Origin: Paragordius varius
Lineage: Eukaryota > Animalia > Nematomorpha
Reading direction: 5' to 3'
Length of the DNA stretch: 64,000 bases
NCBI GenBank assembly: GCA_964247055.1
Contig: OZ176050.1
Span: 6,014,001-6,078,000 of the forward strand
Shown here: positions 61,801 to 64,000 of the stretch, piece after piece
Numbering within the stretch: position 1 is the first letter of the stretch
How the letters are laid out: each line of letters starts with the position of its first letter
Program-made: the position numbers and the translations under genes
Notes under the pieces: model-generated
The model's input: only the letters and a program-made list of their open reading frames with translations
Told to the model about the DNA's origin: nothing
Databases searched by the model: none

Positions 61801-63847
61801 TTCCCGTGATTTCACAGAATAACGCACCATCAAATGCGCTTAAAAGCGGTATCTACTTTTTTTGTCGTTTAGAAACGCAATTTGCCTTTAAAAATGATAT
61901 AATGCTGTTTAACCATTATCATACTTGGTAAATAAAATCGTTTTATTTTATATTATTTAGCACAAAAGATAAATCTCAACATATCATTACCAACTATGAA
62001 ATTATTTTACGATAAAAACGGTTTATTTAATTATGTGCAATTTTTGGATTGGTACCGAAAACAGGTATATTTTTTTCATGATTAACTTTATGTATAGTCC
62101 GGCTTTGTGCCAAACACTGATACTTTAAGGATATCAAAAGCTTTGGTTCGCTTTTTTACTGTTTCCAAAGAAAAGCTGTTTCAGGTTCATAAATATTTAT
62201 TTTATACTCAGGTTTTGTTTCTCATAGTTGAAAAACATATATTTTATTTTTTAAGCGAATTTTGCTTATAAACTGTCCGAAATAAAGGGTGCACTAATTA
62301 ATATTTATTTGGCTTTAATGTGATATATTTATTATAAAATCAAATTAAAAAAAATTTTAATTTTAATCATCTACCCTCTTGAAGATAGTAAAATTAGGAG
62401 CGATTTTTTTGTTATGGCATTGATGTTTACATCAACTATAAATATTAACTGATTATATAGTTACAAAGTTTTAATTGTTTAATACTTATGATTTATTTTT
62501 TGCAAATAGTTTTTGCAAAAATCTCATGAAGCTGTTATCATAATTACGAACGAAACCAATAAGGTTAACATGGAAGTTGTCCCGGTTACAAGTATGAAAT
62601 TTACAAATTAAAAATATAATTTAATGTTTTTGATATAACACAGAGGGCAAAATTTGGGCATTTACTTTAATGATCTCATACTTAAATAAGTAAAACCCTT
62701 AAAGCTATTCTGATTTTGGCGGTCAAACATAATATGATTATATATTTTTATAAGACTTAAAAAGTTAATTATTATATAGTTAACAGTTGTTTAAGCAATG
62801 TTAGCAGGGTTAAATAAAATTTGCACACTGTGTGTCAAATTTAATTAAATAAGTGTTTTTTTGCATATTTTGGACTTATTTTGGTGGCTTAACATGCCAT
62901 AACCATATAGATAAAAAAATTGATTTTCATAAATGAATTTTTTATTAGAACAAAATTTTAATTCCACACGTATTGGAGCGAATCATTCAATAACAGCGAA
63001 TTCTCTGCTTGTAAACCGCAGTAGAAATTATTTATCAACATCCACACCTATTGCTACAAATAATAATAATAATTTAAATAATGACCAAACTTTCAGTTCA
63101 AATGTTCAATTAAATAATTTAATCCAAAGGAATCATATATCTAACAAGTTAACATCCTATTCTTTACCTATGCAATCTACATATTCGATTGCCGACTCCA
63201 CCACCCGAACAAATATTAATCATTTAAATATAACTAATAAACATTTTTTGACCCCATCGAGTAGTAATACATTACAAACACCACATTCCATTAATGAATT
63301 TGCTTATGAGTACAATCATAAGCCACAATTGATTAATTTACCAATTATACCAATGAACAATAATAGCAATACTACCATTAATACTAATCAAATAAATTTT
63401 AATGAGACACCCAACAACACTACTTTTATGAATAATAATAATGTTGGAATACCACCTCTTAGCTCTACCAGGATGGTTAATACTCCTCTCTTCAATAATA
63501 ACACGGCTAATAATACCATCCATTATTTGTCAAACAATCAACTACTAATTGATTCGACTCACGATAGAATCAATAATAACAACACCTTTTTGCCTTACAA
63601 CTTAGCAGCTCAAAATGTTTTCAATGTTGAACCTTCTGATGATGGTGGCCATTTGTTGCCTCCGTTACATAATTTACCAACGAGCAATAGCAATATAATA
63701 ATAAATAACAATAATGGATTATTATCTTCAAATGTTCACATAAATAATAACATTAATGTGATAGAGGAACAATTGCGAAAAATAAGGCCTGACCCACCAA
63801 AACCTAAGGGCTTTCGTGTTATTGATGGGAAAGTGTTTCCGATATAA
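49804..63847 (+). CDS. ATRX: ATRX/XNP-like SNF2 helicase. Core exons 51694-52161, 52469-52628, 52698-52829, 52987-53147, 53396-53585, 53919-54056, 54248-54423, 55313-55499, 55753-55994, 56454-56691, 56910-57027, 57534-57752, 57875-~58018, ~58147-58276, 58847-59024, 59306-59458, 59928-60020, 60729-61138. The first exon (49804-50016) and the 3' exons up to 62949-63847 are tentative.
   Basis: Motifs: [175 protein letters not shown]. These fit ATRX better than RAD54L2/ARIP4. Confidence 0.9.
50701..51283. mobile_element. TTAA-flanked piggyBac-type MITE, copy 5 (in the tentative first ATRX intron)
   Basis: TTAA-CACTTGGATATTACAC...AATCGAAGTG-TTAA. Confidence 0.87.
55053..55286. mobile_element. Short foldback MITE related to the 48488 element, intronic in ATRX
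   Basis: Begins TATACCATTTACAATTCAAATTC and ends GGGTAAATTTGAGTTGTATATGG. The interior is shared with the copy at 60374. Confidence 0.6.
60374..60674. mobile_element. Short foldback MITE related to the 48488 element, intronic in ATRX
   Basis: TACCATTT...AAATGGTATA termini; ~21-bp units AAGGGTGAATTTGAATTGTTT resemble AAGGACCAACTTGAATTGTTC. Confidence 0.65.
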
Positions 63848-64000
63848 ATTACTCCATTGATTTGAACATTATACACACACATATATATATATATAATAAT
63901 TTTACATGTGAACTTATAGTACATATAAATTATATATGAATGGATAAATATGAAATATCTTTTTTGTATATATTTAATGTTTTGGACATTTTGAAATCAT

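Overview
This is a very AT-rich, intron-containing eukaryotic window. The gene set points to an animal, and it uses the standard genetic code: homologous proteins end at TAA or TAG. I could reconstruct six multi-exon genes by hand: the 3' part of a CYB5R4-like reductase (+), coatomer epsilon COPE (-), epsin (+), LYAR (-), a LATS/Warts kinase (+) and an ATRX/XNP-like SNF2 helicase (+). Between them lies a dense load of mostly dead transposons: TTAA-flanked piggyBac-type MITEs, hAT-Blackjack-like elements with intact 8-bp TSDs, a SPIN/Charlie-like hAT pseudogene, RTE-LINE and Gypsy remnants, and a foldback MITE family. The most striking observation is a class of 22-28 nt GT-AG mini-introns. Nine are supported by restored protein homology, and they are the first three introns of COPE, LYAR and LATS; every other intron I modelled is at least 69 nt. 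Other notable items: a re-architected LATS (N-terminus collapsed, about 260 aa inserted in the kinase N-lobe, PPxY motifs inside new insertions), a possible decayed ADD domain just 5' of ATRX, and a Blackjack-type hAT family carrying an antisense copy of a related transposase (hairpin architecture). Gene models are manual, homologue comparisons are from memory, and no database search was run.
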